From a virus (Duplodnaviria; Caudoviricetes), in IMG/VR virus record IMGVR_UViG_3300044728_000202, positions 1,515 to 65,514 of that record: a stretch of DNA of 64,000 bases; one strand, 5' to 3'. A model generated the notes under the pieces. The model had not been told where the DNA came from, searched no databases, and worked only from the letters and a program-made list of their open reading frames with translations. A program made the translations under genes and the position numbers. Shown in pieces: positions 44,671-53,760 of this stretch. Every line of letters begins with the position of its first letter. Position 1 is the first letter of the stretch.

Positions 44671-47073
44671 TCATGCGGGCGGCGGCCCGCCTATTCCCAA
44701 CTGTTGCTCGGGTCCCGCTCCGGGCTGCGGGGGTTGCTGCTGTTGCACGCCGGGCTGCTCCTGCTCGGCCTGCGCCTGTTGCGCGGCGGCGGCTTGCTGC
44801 TGTTGCGCTGCCGCTTGCTGCTCCTGTGCTGCCTGCAGCTGGGCCAGCTGCGCGGCCTCCTTGTCGGATTTGCTGACGAAGCCACTTTCCGACAAAATGT
44901 AATCCGCCACCTGGGCGGCGGCCGGCACGGCAATCGCCACCTGCGCGGCGTCCAGCGCCTTCTGCTGAGCATCGACGTTGTGGCCGGGGATCTTGGCCAG
45001 CGCCTCTTGCGCCAGCGCCATGGTCTGCTCGGCCTTGGCCTGCGCCGAACGGGCGTCGCCGATCGCCTTCTGCAGGTTGGCCTCGAGCATGGCTTGCTGC
45101 ATCTGCGACTGCTTGGCCATCGCAGCCATGCGCTGCTGATCCTCCGGCGAAGGGTTCTCCTTCTCCTCGGGGTCGAATTGGCCGGTGACGCCGCGGATGC
45201 GCTTGACGATCTCGTCGCGGTTCGGAAGGTCCATGTTCTCGACGGCCAGGTCGAGCAGCTGGATCGAGATCTCCGGCGGCAGCCGCGTCATCGCCTCCAT
45301 GAGCTCGTCGGCGGCGGCCTGCCGGATGGTCGCGTGCCAGGCGGATTCGGAGATGATGTAGTCGGCCTTGGTGCGGGTAATATCGTTTTCAGGGAGCCCG
45401 TCGTTGACCTCGACATAGTCGGACTTGCCGCGCATCGAGGTGATGCGGAACTGCTTCGGCTCGTCCATGAACTGCTCGATATTGGCAAGCTGCTTTTCGC
45501 CGTGCACCTGTTGGGCGAACAACAAATTGTCGAACAATTTAGCAGTGGCCAGGCTGCCCTGATCCTGCCTACGTTGTATCGCCACGCCTGACGTGGCGTT
45601 GGTCTTGCGGCCGAGCAATTCGTCGGTGACGCCGCTGGCCTGTTGGATCATGGCGATGTCGCGTGACATCAATTCGAGGTGCCATTGCGCCAGATCACGA
45701 TCAGCGTTGAGGATGATCTCCTTGCCTGGCACCTTGCGGATAATGGCGTCGGGCCGGCTGACCTCGTCCTGAAATTCCTCGAAGGTCATATCGTCGGGAA
45801 GGGCGTCGTAATCCATTATGATCTTCGACGTCGAGAGGATGTGCAGAGCCTTGGAGGCGCGTTTGTTCACATCGACTTGGATGTCCTTGAGGCGACGGAT
45901 CACACCGTAGGGGGCGCCGTCCTTGCCACGCCGATAGCCCCAGATCGGGGTGAGCGGGAAGCGGTTGTGGCGGTAGGGACTTGGCGAGAACCACAGCATC
46001 CCGGCGTCGACGAATAGACCGACATGCATGCGCATGACGGTCTTCTCGACGACCTCGGATTCACCTTGCTCGACCTGATCCTTGTGGCCGCCCGACTGCG
46101 GGTCGAACAGTTCGCCGGAGAACTCGCCGCCACGCATCTTGCCGGCGGTGACCGGGCGCTTGTACCAGCCCTCGATGATCCTGACGCGCAGCCGCTGGAA
46201 GCCATCGACTAGCCGGTTGGATGCCGTCCCATAGATCTGGTCGAGGGCGTTCTCCTGGCTGTCCATCGCCTCGTCGCCGTACTCGTCGTGCTGCATGAAG
46301 TCGTCGGCGTTGGTCGCCGAGGATCTGAGAATGTCAGCGCGGTCGGGAAACAGGGCGATAGCGACGTCGAGGTCCACCCATTTGGAGCGGAAGATGTACC
46401 TTCCGTCTTCAACGTCGAGGTTTGTGGCGGCCGTATCGTGAAGGACATTGCGCCAGCTTTCGTAGCGTGTGTAGAGCGGCTCGTCCTCGCCGTCGCCGTC
46501 ATAGCCGTCCTCGATCCAGCCGATGCCGACCTTGATCGAATCCTCGAAGGCGCGCGAAATGTGGAAGTGCTCGCGATTGACGTCGCTGAGATACTTCATC
46601 AACGCGGTCTTGTTGGCGGCGGGCTTGGAATGCTGCTTCTTGCGCGGCAGCACTTTGAAATCGGTGCGTGATCGCTTCTGCGAGCCGGTGATCCAGTCGA
46701 TGCTGGTCGAGATCACGTTGTAGACCAGCGGCACCTGGCCGCGGTCTTCCAGCTGCGCCGCGTCGGCCTCGCTCCACTGGATGTTGTCGTAGAAGTCCTC
46801 GTCCTCCGCCATCTCGGCGCGGTTCTCGGTCTGCCGCTCGAGCTCGTTGGCGTAGCAGGCCAGCATCTGGCTGTGCAGTTCCAACATTTCCGGGGCGTCG
46901 AGGTTCTTGCTCTTGCCCCTGCCGCTGCCGCCGCTGTTGCTGCGATCGGGCTGGGTCAGGGCGGTGCGGGGGTTCTGCGAGGCCGGCATCGGGTCGCCAT
47001 AGCCGCCGCTCTCGCGGTCGCGCCTGGCCCTCACAGAGCCATCGCGCGCCCGCAGGTCAAACATCTGTGCCAT
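44671..47073 (-). CDS. portal protein (P22-like)
   Basis: EDEDFYDNIQW, RGQVPLVYN, FPLTPIWGY...PYGVIRRLKDIQ..VNKR, NATSGVAIQRRQ. Confidence 0.92.
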   Translation of the reverse strand: MAQMFDLRARDGSVRARRDRESGGYGDPMPASQNPRTALTQPDRSNSGGSGRGKSKNLDAPEMLELHSQMLACYANELERQTENRAEMAEDEDFYDNIQWSEADAAQLEDRGQVPLVYNVISTSIDWITGSQKRSRTDFKVLPRKKQHSKPAANKTALMKYLSDVNREHFHISRAFEDSIKVGIGWIEDGYDGDGEDEPLYTRYESWRNVLHDTAATNLDVEDGRYIFRSKWVDLDVAIALFPDRADILRSSATNADDFMQHDEYGDEAMDSQENALDQIYGTASNRLVDGFQRLRVRIIEGWYKRPVTAGKMRGGEFSGELFDPQSGGHKDQVEQGESEVVEKTVMRMHVGLFVDAGMLWFSPSPYRHNRFPLTPIWGYRRGKDGAPYGVIRRLKDIQVDVNKRASKALHILSTSKIIMDYDALPDDMTFEEFQDEVSRPDAIIRKVPGKEIILNADRDLAQWHLELMSRDIAMIQQASGVTDELLGRKTNATSGVAIQRRQDQGSLATAKLFDNLLFAQQVHGEKQLANIEQFMDEPKQFRITSMRGKSDYVEVNDGLPENDITRTKADYIISESAWHATIRQAAADELMEAMTRLPPEISIQLLDLAVENMDLPNRDEIVKRIRGVTGQFDPEEKENPSPEDQQRMAAMAKQSQMQQAMLEANLQKAIGDARSAQAKAEQTMALAQEALAKIPGHNVDAQQKALDAAQVAIAVPAAAQVADYILSESGFVSKSDKEAAQLAQLQAAQEQQAAAQQQQAAAAQQAQAEQEQPGVQQQQPPQPGAGPEQQLGIGGPPPA

Positions 47074-47074
47074 G

Positions 47075-47482
47075 TCAGATCTCGACCTCCGTCGTTCCCG
47101 TGAGCTCGTTGCGCAGCGTCACGTCGGCAACCGGGTCGACGTGCTCTTCCGCATCTGGCGGTCGCGGCGGCATGGCGACGAGGTCGGCCATGCGCGAATT
47201 GACCAGCGACACCAGCTTGAAAACGTTGTCGGGATTGAGCGGATCGATGCCCAGCTTCAGCAGCATGTTGACGGCGGGCTGGGCGGGCGAGCCGATCGTC
47301 TCGGACCAGCGCCACGCATCCTCGAGCGGGATGACGCATGGGCGCGGAGCTCCGCTGGCGCGCGTGATGGCCATGCACGGCCGCCAGCGCCCATCGATCT
47401 TTACCCAGGTCCCTGAAGCGACAAGGCCATAGCGGGTGACCGCCCACAGCCGTTTGTCGAGGTCGAGGATGTGATCTTCCAA
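47075..47482 (-). CDS. hypothetical protein
   Basis: 135-aa ORF directly upstream of portal. Confidence 0.7.
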   Translation of the reverse strand: MEDHILDLDKRLWAVTRYGLVASGTWVKIDGRWRPCMAITRASGAPRPCVIPLEDAWRWSETIGSPAQPAVNMLLKLGIDPLNPDNVFKLVSLVNSRMADLVAMPPRPPDAEEHVDPVADVTLRNELTGTTEVEI

Positions 47483-47537
47483 AGCGCGTTGTCCGAACTT
47501 CCGGGCAAGGCCAGGCGCGCTTGATGCGTGTTTTCCG

Positions 47538-47816
47538 CTATTTAGCCGAGTCTGTAAACTGTTCCGATGTACGGGTCATAAACACCCACGCCGCGCGGGC
47601 CCGGCGGCAGTCGTCGTCGGAGCCGATTTCGATGAACTCCGCGGCGGTCGGCCGCCGGAGATAGCCGTGCTCGAAGATCAGCCACTCGCCGCAGGCGAAG
47701 CACACCGTCGCGTCGCCGTCGACCGGGGCGCATTCCTCGCCATCGGTGGCATTGGTGGCGCGGTCGTGGCGAGTGCCGCACCACGCGCAATTCGAGTAGA
47801 AGACGTGCCCGGTCAC
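47538..47816 (-). CDS. Zn-finger-like hypothetical protein
   Basis: GTG 47816 (GTGA overlap); CAWC...CFAC. Confidence 0.65.
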   Translation of the reverse strand: MTGHVFYSNCAWCGTRHDRATNATDGEECAPVDGDATVCFACGEWLIFEHGYLRRPTAAEFIEIGSDDDCRRARAAWVFMTRTSEQFTDSAK

Positions 47817-48088
47817 GTTTCGATCGGCCACATGAACAGCGGCGTGTTCTCGCCCATCCACGCGCCGGTGGTGTTGAAGGTGAAGGTCTCCATCGCCTCC
47901 TCTTGGTCCATGCCGTCGCGCTGCATCAGGATCTCGATGCACTTGTTGCAGTCGTAGACCACCAGCGACGGCTGACCGCAGCGCTCGGCGACGCCGATGA
48001 TGGCGTCTTCAAACCCATCGGCGAGCAGCGCCTCCTCGTTGTGCGCGGCGACCCATTCGCGGACGATCTCGATCTCTTTCGGCGTCAT
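47813..48088 (-). CDS. hypothetical phage protein
   Basis: LLADGFEDAIIG...VVYD...FNTTGAWMGENTP. Confidence 0.8.
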   Translation of the reverse strand: MTPKEIEIVREWVAAHNEEALLADGFEDAIIGVAERCGQPSLVVYDCNKCIEILMQRDGMDQEEAMETFTFNTTGAWMGENTPLFMWPIET

Positions 48089-48252
48089 CGGTTGTGCCTG
48101 TGATAGGTGCGGTTGTAGCCGGTCGGTGCTTTGTCACCCAGCTTCACCTCGTCGATGATGCGCTGGATCGCCACTGACGGCAGCGGTGGTAGCTGCAGCG
48201 GCAACTTCTCGACCTTCGGTTGCTTCTTCACAAATTTACGTGGGTGCCTCAC
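48085..48252 (-). CDS. YhhA-like triceptide (cyclophane RiPP) precursor peptide, 55 aa (not in ORF track)
   Basis: MRHPRKFVKKQPKVEKLPLQLPPLPSVAIQRIIDEVKLGDKAPTGYNRTYHRHNR; GTGA and ATGA overlaps on both sides. Confidence 0.75.
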   Translation of the reverse strand: MRHPRKFVKKQPKVEKLPLQLPPLPSVAIQRIIDEVKLGDKAPTGYNRTYHRHNR

Positions 48253-48329
48253 TGCAGCACCCACAGCAGCACGATCACCAGCACGACGCCGGCGATAAAC
48301 CAGGTTCCCCAGGCTTCCGGCCGCATCAT
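48249..48329 (-). CDS. 26-aa single-TM peptide (not in ORF track)
   Basis: MMRPEAWGTWFIAGVVLVIVLLWVLQ; overlaps both neighbours by 4 nt. Confidence 0.55.
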   Translation of the reverse strand: MMRPEAWGTWFIAGVVLVIVLLWVLQ

Positions 48330-49291
48330 GCCCGCCTCACCGGCGCCGGGCGCGAGAAGGTGACCGGCACGACGGTGTTGTCGAGGGTATCGTCCTGCAC
48401 CGTCGGGTAGACGATGAAGTCGATCCAGCCGATCGTCGGCGAGACGATCTGCACGGTCCAGCTGCTGGTGCCGAGCGCGATGTTGTCACCCTGGATGACC
48501 AGATCGAGCATCGGCGATTGATCGACCGCGGCGAAGTCGATGCGCGAGATGCGCAGCGTGTCGACCGACAGGTTCGGGTGCAGCAGCATGCCGTTGGCCG
48601 GCTCCCAAGGCGGCTCGCTTGCCGGCTTGGCGTATATCCATTCGGCGGTGGTGGTCGGCAGTGGCGTCGGCGGCGTCGGCGGCTCCGGCAGCACCTCGGC
48701 GGCGGGCGTGAAGGTGACGACGACCAGACCGGCAACAGCGGCCTGATCGCTCGGGCTGATCAGGAAATCAAACCAGCGCGCCTCTGGGGTGCTGTGGTAG
48801 GCGACGGCGTCGACCGTCCACGTCACCGCGTCGATGGCGATGAAGTCGCCGGGCTTGACCAGTTCCAGCATCGAGGTCTGGTCGAGCGCGGCGCCGTCGA
48901 TGGCGGCCACCGACAGCGTCTTCAGCGTCAAATTGCCCTGGATGATCTGGCCGTCGATCGGCAGCCCGCCGTCCGGCTTGGAATAGTTCCAAGGCGCAGC
49001 GGTGGTGGTCAGGCGTGGCGGCTCCGGCGGGATGACGTCCGATGGGATCTCGTCGGCGGTGCCGGCGGGTGCCTGCAGCACCGCCGGGTGGGTGATGATG
49101 AGCTCATAGGCATCGGCCAGCGGCGCGGTCATCAGCATCAGGTAGCTCTGCAGCGACGGCCGGTCGACGACGCCGCTGACCACGATCTCGACCATCGATG
49201 GGCTGTCGAGCACGGTGTAGGCCTCGACCGGCTCGCTGAACGGGGCGATCGGCGCGTCGTCTGTGATGATCGCCATGATCTTGATGGCCAT
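48326..49291 (-). CDS. hypothetical protein with two tandem ~90-aa repeats
   Basis: TTTAAPWNYSKP...GDFIAID...WTV...WFDF repeated as TTTAEWIYAKP...GDNIALG...WTV...WIDF. Confidence 0.8.
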   Translation of the reverse strand: MAIKIMAIITDDAPIAPFSEPVEAYTVLDSPSMVEIVVSGVVDRPSLQSYLMLMTAPLADAYELIITHPAVLQAPAGTADEIPSDVIPPEPPRLTTTAAPWNYSKPDGGLPIDGQIIQGNLTLKTLSVAAIDGAALDQTSMLELVKPGDFIAIDAVTWTVDAVAYHSTPEARWFDFLISPSDQAAVAGLVVVTFTPAAEVLPEPPTPPTPLPTTTAEWIYAKPASEPPWEPANGMLLHPNLSVDTLRISRIDFAAVDQSPMLDLVIQGDNIALGTSSWTVQIVSPTIGWIDFIVYPTVQDDTLDNTVVPVTFSRPAPVRRA

Positions 49292-49339
49292 ACCGTTCCC
49301 CTTGTGCGAAGCGTAACGTTCTTTTGTACGGAGGCGATA

Positions 49340-50077
49340 TTGTCATTAACCAAAGCGCTTGGCGAGCTCGCCCAGCAATTCAACCCACAACAGAACGTCA
49401 TCACATTCCATTGCCCGCCGGGCCTGCTCGGCGCGGTGGCGCCGCCGCAGCCTGCCGGCGACATCCTGCCGGACTGGTACAAGAAACTGCCAGCGGTCGA
49501 CCCGGAGGTGGTGACGGTCGAGGTCTGGGGCGTCACCGTCAAACGCTGCATGCCGTTTCTCGACGCGCTGACCAGCGGCTGGGTGCTGACGCTGCCGGCC
49601 GAGGTGCATTGCGAGGTGTCGGCCGACGGCCAGACCGTCAGCCACAAGCACAACATGCCGTTCAACCTGATCGACGGCCACTTGGGCTACCAGGTCAAAG
49701 GCTCGCACTGGGGCGAGACGCCGCCGTTGAAATTCAACAATGTGTGGACGATCAAGACGCCGCGCGGCTGGTCTTGCCTGTTCGTGCCGCTGCTCAACCG
49801 CCAGCACAAATGGTTCTCGGCGGCGAGCGGGTTGGTCGACACCGACGTCTACCATCACCCCGTCAACCTGCCGTTCTTCATGCTGCCGGAGGCGTATGGC
49901 AAGAGCTTCACGCTGGCCAAGGGCACGCCGCTGGTGCAGGTCATCCCGGTCAAGCGTTCCAATTTCCGGGCGGACATCCGCGAAGCGACGTCGCAGGAGA
50001 ACCGTGCCACCGACAATGCGGCGCTGAACCTGCGCGCCGAGGCCGGCTGGTACAGGAAGTTCGTGCGCGTCCGCTAG
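49340..50077 (+). CDS. DUF6065-like / dUTPase-like fold protein
   Basis: GGAGG + TTG 49340; TVKRCMPFLDALTSGW, KFNNVWTIKTPRGWSCLF, GLVDTD, KGTPLVQVIPVKR. Confidence 0.65.
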   Translation: MSLTKALGELAQQFNPQQNVITFHCPPGLLGAVAPPQPAGDILPDWYKKLPAVDPEVVTVEVWGVTVKRCMPFLDALTSGWVLTLPAEVHCEVSADGQTVSHKHNMPFNLIDGHLGYQVKGSHWGETPPLKFNNVWTIKTPRGWSCLFVPLLNRQHKWFSAASGLVDTDVYHHPVNLPFFMLPEAYGKSFTLAKGTPLVQVIPVKRSNFRADIREATSQENRATDNAALNLRAEAGWYRKFVRVR

Positions 50078-50259
50078 GACCAGCGGCGGTAGGCAACGAT
50101 GTCGTCGGGTTGCTGCAGATGCTCCCAGCGCAGCGACGACACCTTGCGCGCCTTGCCCTCCGAGCCGTCCCTGAACTTGACGATGACCGGCGCGTCGGGC
50201 GGTGTCGGCGCCTTGTCGCCCGCCTGCCAGTCGATCCAGCCGCTCAGCGTGTCAGCCAT
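50074..50259 (-). CDS. hypothetical protein
   Basis: MADTLSGWIDW...VIVKFRDG...WEH...DIVAYR. Confidence 0.7.
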   Translation of the reverse strand: MADTLSGWIDWQAGDKAPTPPDAPVIVKFRDGSEGKARKVSSLRWEHLQQPDDIVAYRRWS

Positions 50260-50261
50260 GG

Positions 50262-50450
50262 CTAGCCCCAGACCGCCCAGATGATGCCGGCGCAAATGAT
50301 GATCGCCACCGCCTCGGCGATCACGCCGGCGATGACGCCGCGCAGGAACAGGTGTTCTTCGCGTGGCAGCGGCGCATACCAATCGTTGGGATTGATGTGC
50401 TCGCTCGGTTCCCAGTCGTAGGCCCGCGGCCGTTCCTTTTCGTGGATCAT
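50262..50450 (-). CDS. small membrane protein
   Basis: C-terminal hydrophobic helix. Confidence 0.6.
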   Translation of the reverse strand: MIHEKERPRAYDWEPSEHINPNDWYAPLPREEHLFLRGVIAGVIAEAVAIIICAGIIWAVWG

Positions 50451-50728
50451 GCCGGGACGTCGGGCACGGCCGGCGGCGCGGCTGGCGGCACCGGCTGGCG
50501 GTGCTCGAGCGACTGCCGTGCTTCGATCAGCAGCGTGCGCGCCTCTTCCAGAAGCTGGCGGATGGTCGCGGCGATCATCTCGACGCGGTCGAAGCGAGCT
50601 CCGACATAGTCGATCGCCGCCTCCGGCGGCTGCGTTGCGGTCTCGTGCTCATTGCCGTTGCTCACAGGCTTGCTCCCGTCGTTGATGTTGCTGTGGACCA
50701 TGATGATGTGGCCGGTCTTGTTACGCAT
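50447..50728 (-). CDS. hypothetical protein
   Basis: Coupled ORF. Confidence 0.55.
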   Translation of the reverse strand: MRNKTGHIIMVHSNINDGSKPVSNGNEHETATQPPEAAIDYVGARFDRVEMIAATIRQLLEEARTLLIEARQSLEHRQPVPPAAPPAVPDVPA

Positions 50729-50906
50729 CTTCGATGGTCCTCGCCACCTCGTCCAGCGCCTCGGCCTGGCTGAGCGCCCGATCTTTGGTACGGGGGAGAT
50801 CGAACGCCACCGCCTGCTCGCGATAGAACGCCGCGGTTTTGCGAACGATGTCGACGCAACGCTTGCGCTCGACCTGGGCTTCCGACAACCCGCGGGTGTT
50901 GCTCAC
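50721..50906 (-). CDS. hypothetical protein
   Basis: GTG 50906, GTGA overlap. Confidence 0.55.
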   Translation of the reverse strand: MSNTRGLSEAQVERKRCVDIVRKTAAFYREQAVAFDLPRTKDRALSQAEALDEVARTIEDA

Positions 50907-51049
50907 GCCAGCCTCACGAGACACAGCATCAGCAACAGCGCGCCGAGGCCGGCGACGCAGGCCCCGACCAGCGCCAGCGCCAGCCAGAACAACGCGGGGT
51001 GGACCATGATGGTGCCGCGCTCGACGTTCCAGTAGGTCAGCGGTTTCAT
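50903..51049 (-). CDS. small membrane protein
   Basis: ATG 51049 overlaps terL stop; hydrophobic C-terminus. Confidence 0.55.
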   Translation of the reverse strand: MKPLTYWNVERGTIMVHPALFWLALALVGACVAGLGALLLMLCLVRLA

Positions 51050-52614
51050 GCGGCCAGTCCTGACCTGTTCCTGCGGGGCGTCCAGCGGCCGGCGCCGGCA
51101 CCGAAGCGCAGGTGGCGGATCTGCGCGTGCTGGCGGATCGCATCGGCGGCGTGCTGGTGGCCATTCTTGGCAACCAGCGGCATCCAGACGCCCATGCGGT
51201 CGTTCCACTGCTTGGAGAAGCCTTCGAGGTGGCGCAGCCCTAGCGAGCATTTCTCGGCGTCGATGTAGTAGGTCGAGAACGCCTCGCGCAGCTGGTCGAT
51301 CGCATCTGGGACGTGAGGCGTTCGTTGCACGGTCTCGAGATTCGACATACCGAGATCACGCAACAGGTCGACGTAAGTCTTGAGGTGCTCCGCACCAGGA
51401 CGACGATGGTTCGCATCGTGGGGAAGATAATGCCACCCATAGACATATGGCCGCTCCCGCAACTCCCTGACGTAGAAACTCGGCGGCTCCGACGCTGCCT
51501 CGATATAGTCGATGAAGTGCTGGCCTGGCCCAAAATCCTGGTGAAACCAGATCGCGGTGTCGTCGGAGGTGCCGAGATCCCAGAAGGTGTTGACCGGCCG
51601 ACCGGGGTCGTAGGGCACGCGGGTGATGCGCCGCTCGACCCGAGCTCGCGACAGCTGCGCCGACAGCCATAGCCCGTCGGTCGAGACGGTAAACGCCTCT
51701 TCCAGCGTCGACGGGTACTGGCTGAACATCTTGGCCTGATCGTCGCCGAACAGGTTGAGGCGGGTGAGCACGTACCAGGCGCGCTTCTCCAGCGAGATCG
51801 GCCGGTTGATCTCGCCCTCCAGCCGCCAGAAGTAGGCTTCGTCGATCGGCGAGATCACTGCGGCGGCCGGATCCGCTTCGTACTCCGGGGCGTCCCACCA
51901 GCTGGCGAAGTGCAGCTTCCACTCGAGCGCGGAGGGCGTGCGCTTGGTCTCGTCGTGGCGCTGAGCATTTCGGACCATGTCGGCGAAGATGCCGTAGGGC
52001 GTCTCCATGGTGCTCTCGATGCAAGTAATTCCATGGCGATCAACGGATGGAAGCGATCCGGTTTGAATTTCGGTGGCACGGTCGGGATACCTCTGGCAGA
52101 TCTTGCCGTATTCGGAGACGTGCAGATATTGCAGCGTTGTGCCGCGGGTGCTGGTCGCGACGATCAAAGAGCTATCGGTATTGAAGGCGAGCTCGGTCTT
52201 GGTCAGGTACTTCAGCCCGACCATTTCTTTGACGACCGGCGGCAGCTTGTCCCAGGCGAAGCGCACCTTCTGCTCGAAGATGACGCGGGCCGTGTCCTCG
52301 TCCTGGGCGATGATCGCGGCCTGGGTGTTCGGCTGGAACAGGCAGGCATCCAGCATCATCAGCTGGATGACGGTGGAGAAGCCGCGCTGCCGCGCCTTGG
52401 GGATCAGGTTCCTGTAGTGGATGGCGCTCAAGAAGCGCTGCTGTTCCGGCCACGGGTGGAAGGTCACCACTTTGCCGCGCTTGTCGGTGATCTTGTAGAG
52501 GTGGTTCAGCCGCCAGTGGGCGTCGCCGATCGCCGCGCTCATCTCCTCCGGCTTGAGCTCCTCAAACGGCTTGCCCCAGTAGGACGGCAACTGCTTGACG
52601 TTACGCTGCAGCAC
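51046..52614 (-). CDS. terL: terminase large subunit
   Basis: PKARQRGFST (Walker A), LHVSEYG (Walker B), IESTME, FWDLGTSDDTAIWF, HYLPHD, HAADA. Confidence 0.95.
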   Translation of the reverse strand: MLQRNVKQLPSYWGKPFEELKPEEMSAAIGDAHWRLNHLYKITDKRGKVVTFHPWPEQQRFLSAIHYRNLIPKARQRGFSTVIQLMMLDACLFQPNTQAAIIAQDEDTARVIFEQKVRFAWDKLPPVVKEMVGLKYLTKTELAFNTDSSLIVATSTRGTTLQYLHVSEYGKICQRYPDRATEIQTGSLPSVDRHGITCIESTMETPYGIFADMVRNAQRHDETKRTPSALEWKLHFASWWDAPEYEADPAAAVISPIDEAYFWRLEGEINRPISLEKRAWYVLTRLNLFGDDQAKMFSQYPSTLEEAFTVSTDGLWLSAQLSRARVERRITRVPYDPGRPVNTFWDLGTSDDTAIWFHQDFGPGQHFIDYIEAASEPPSFYVRELRERPYVYGWHYLPHDANHRRPGAEHLKTYVDLLRDLGMSNLETVQRTPHVPDAIDQLREAFSTYYIDAEKCSLGLRHLEGFSKQWNDRMGVWMPLVAKNGHQHAADAIRQHAQIRHLRFGAGAGRWTPRRNRSGLAA

Positions 52615-52828
52615 TGGCTTCCTCCCGCAGCACTTCCAGCAAAACGCTGGCGATGTCGAACTTCTGGCGGGCGGCGTGCTCGGCCTCCCAGTAATTGGCC
52701 GGCGGGGTGTTCTTGTTGGCGGCGCAGTCGGCGATCACGCGGTCGAGCTTGCGGCGCAGCACCAGCCACTCCTCGCAATAGCGGCTGGCGACCTTGGCGG
52801 CGGCCGCGACGGACGGATCAGCCGACAT
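52601..52828 (-). CDS. hypothetical protein
   Basis: Coupled ORF upstream of terL. Confidence 0.6.
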   Translation of the reverse strand: MSADPSVAAAAKVASRYCEEWLVLRRKLDRVIADCAANKNTPPANYWEAEHAARQKFDIASVLLEVLREEASAAA

Positions 52829-53198
52829 AGCGAGTGACCATCCATGGCGCGAAGCCGCGCAGTTCGTGCGGCGAGAAGTCGCCCCAATGGCCGGTGAACT
52901 GCATGGCGCGGTCGTCGATGGTGAGGAAGGCGGGCGGCTTTTCGTGCGCGAACTCGAGCCGGATGATATCGGGCCAACCCTGGGCGACCAGCCAGTGGCG
53001 CATGTTGGCGATGCCGTCGGGGTCCTTGGAACGGGAGGAGTAGACGACCAGCGTGAAATACTTCTGCGCCTCGATCGCCCACTCCCAGAAGCCTTTGGTC
53101 ACCGTCCCGTAGATCTCGCCGCGGCGCCAGCCATGCTCGTAGGAGTGGATGACGCCGTCGAAATCGAGGCACAGGATCGGCAGGCCGGCTTCAGGCAT
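52818..53198 (-). CDS. HAD-superfamily hydrolase
   Basis: [30 protein letters not shown]. Confidence 0.85.
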   Translation of the reverse strand: MPEAGLPILCLDFDGVIHSYEHGWRRGEIYGTVTKGFWEWAIEAQKYFTLVVYSSRSKDPDGIANMRHWLVAQGWPDIIRLEFAHEKPPAFLTIDDRAMQFTGHWGDFSPHELRGFAPWMVTRYVG

Positions 53199-53571
53199 TG
53201 CTGAGCTTCTCTCGCAAGGCGTAGCCCTCGAATTTCCAGATCTGGCGGATGGCGTCCTCCATGGCGAACTTCTTGCCGAGCTCGGGGTTGAAATTGCCGG
53301 AATCAGCCGGCGCGCTCTGGCCGACAATAGCGAAACCATTCTCGAGCACCAGCACACAAATGGTCATATGTGGAAGCACCACCGGGTTGATGTACTGCTC
53401 GTGGCGGATCTTGGCGAGAATGCTGTCGAGCGACACGCGGTTCGGCGTCTTCTGCACGGCCCTGCTCTCGTCGTCGGTCATGCGAACGCTGGACAGGCCG
53501 GTGCGGTCCTGGCGCTGTTCATCGGTCTCGGTGGCGGCTTCGACGGCAGTGGTGACGGGCTGGTCTGACAT
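53191..53571 (-). CDS. N4 Gp49 / Sf6 gp66 family protein
   Basis: [59 protein letters not shown]. Confidence 0.85.
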   Translation of the reverse strand: MSDQPVTTAVEAATETDEQRQDRTGLSSVRMTDDESRAVQKTPNRVSLDSILAKIRHEQYINPVVLPHMTICVLVLENGFAIVGQSAPADSGNFNPELGKKFAMEDAIRQIWKFEGYALREKLSNA

Positions 53572-53613
53572 GGTTTGTCCTCGCAGGTTGAAGGGAACAG
53601 GGGTGGTGTAATG

Positions 53614-53629
53614 CGTTTCACGTGAAACG
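53614..53629. promoter_or_regulatory. parS: parS centromere-like palindrome
   Basis: CGTTTCACGTGAAACG, perfect palindrome, 14/16 to TGTTTCACGTGAAACA. Confidence 0.8.
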
Positions 53630-53760
53630 ACCACCCGGTAGATGGGACCCTATACTTGTTAAACAATCTTTTTGGGTCGATTTTTTGGATCGGCTCAATA
53701 TGAGCCGGAGGCTGACGCAGTAATCATTGGAATCCGATCACGGGACTCCAACGCCTATCC

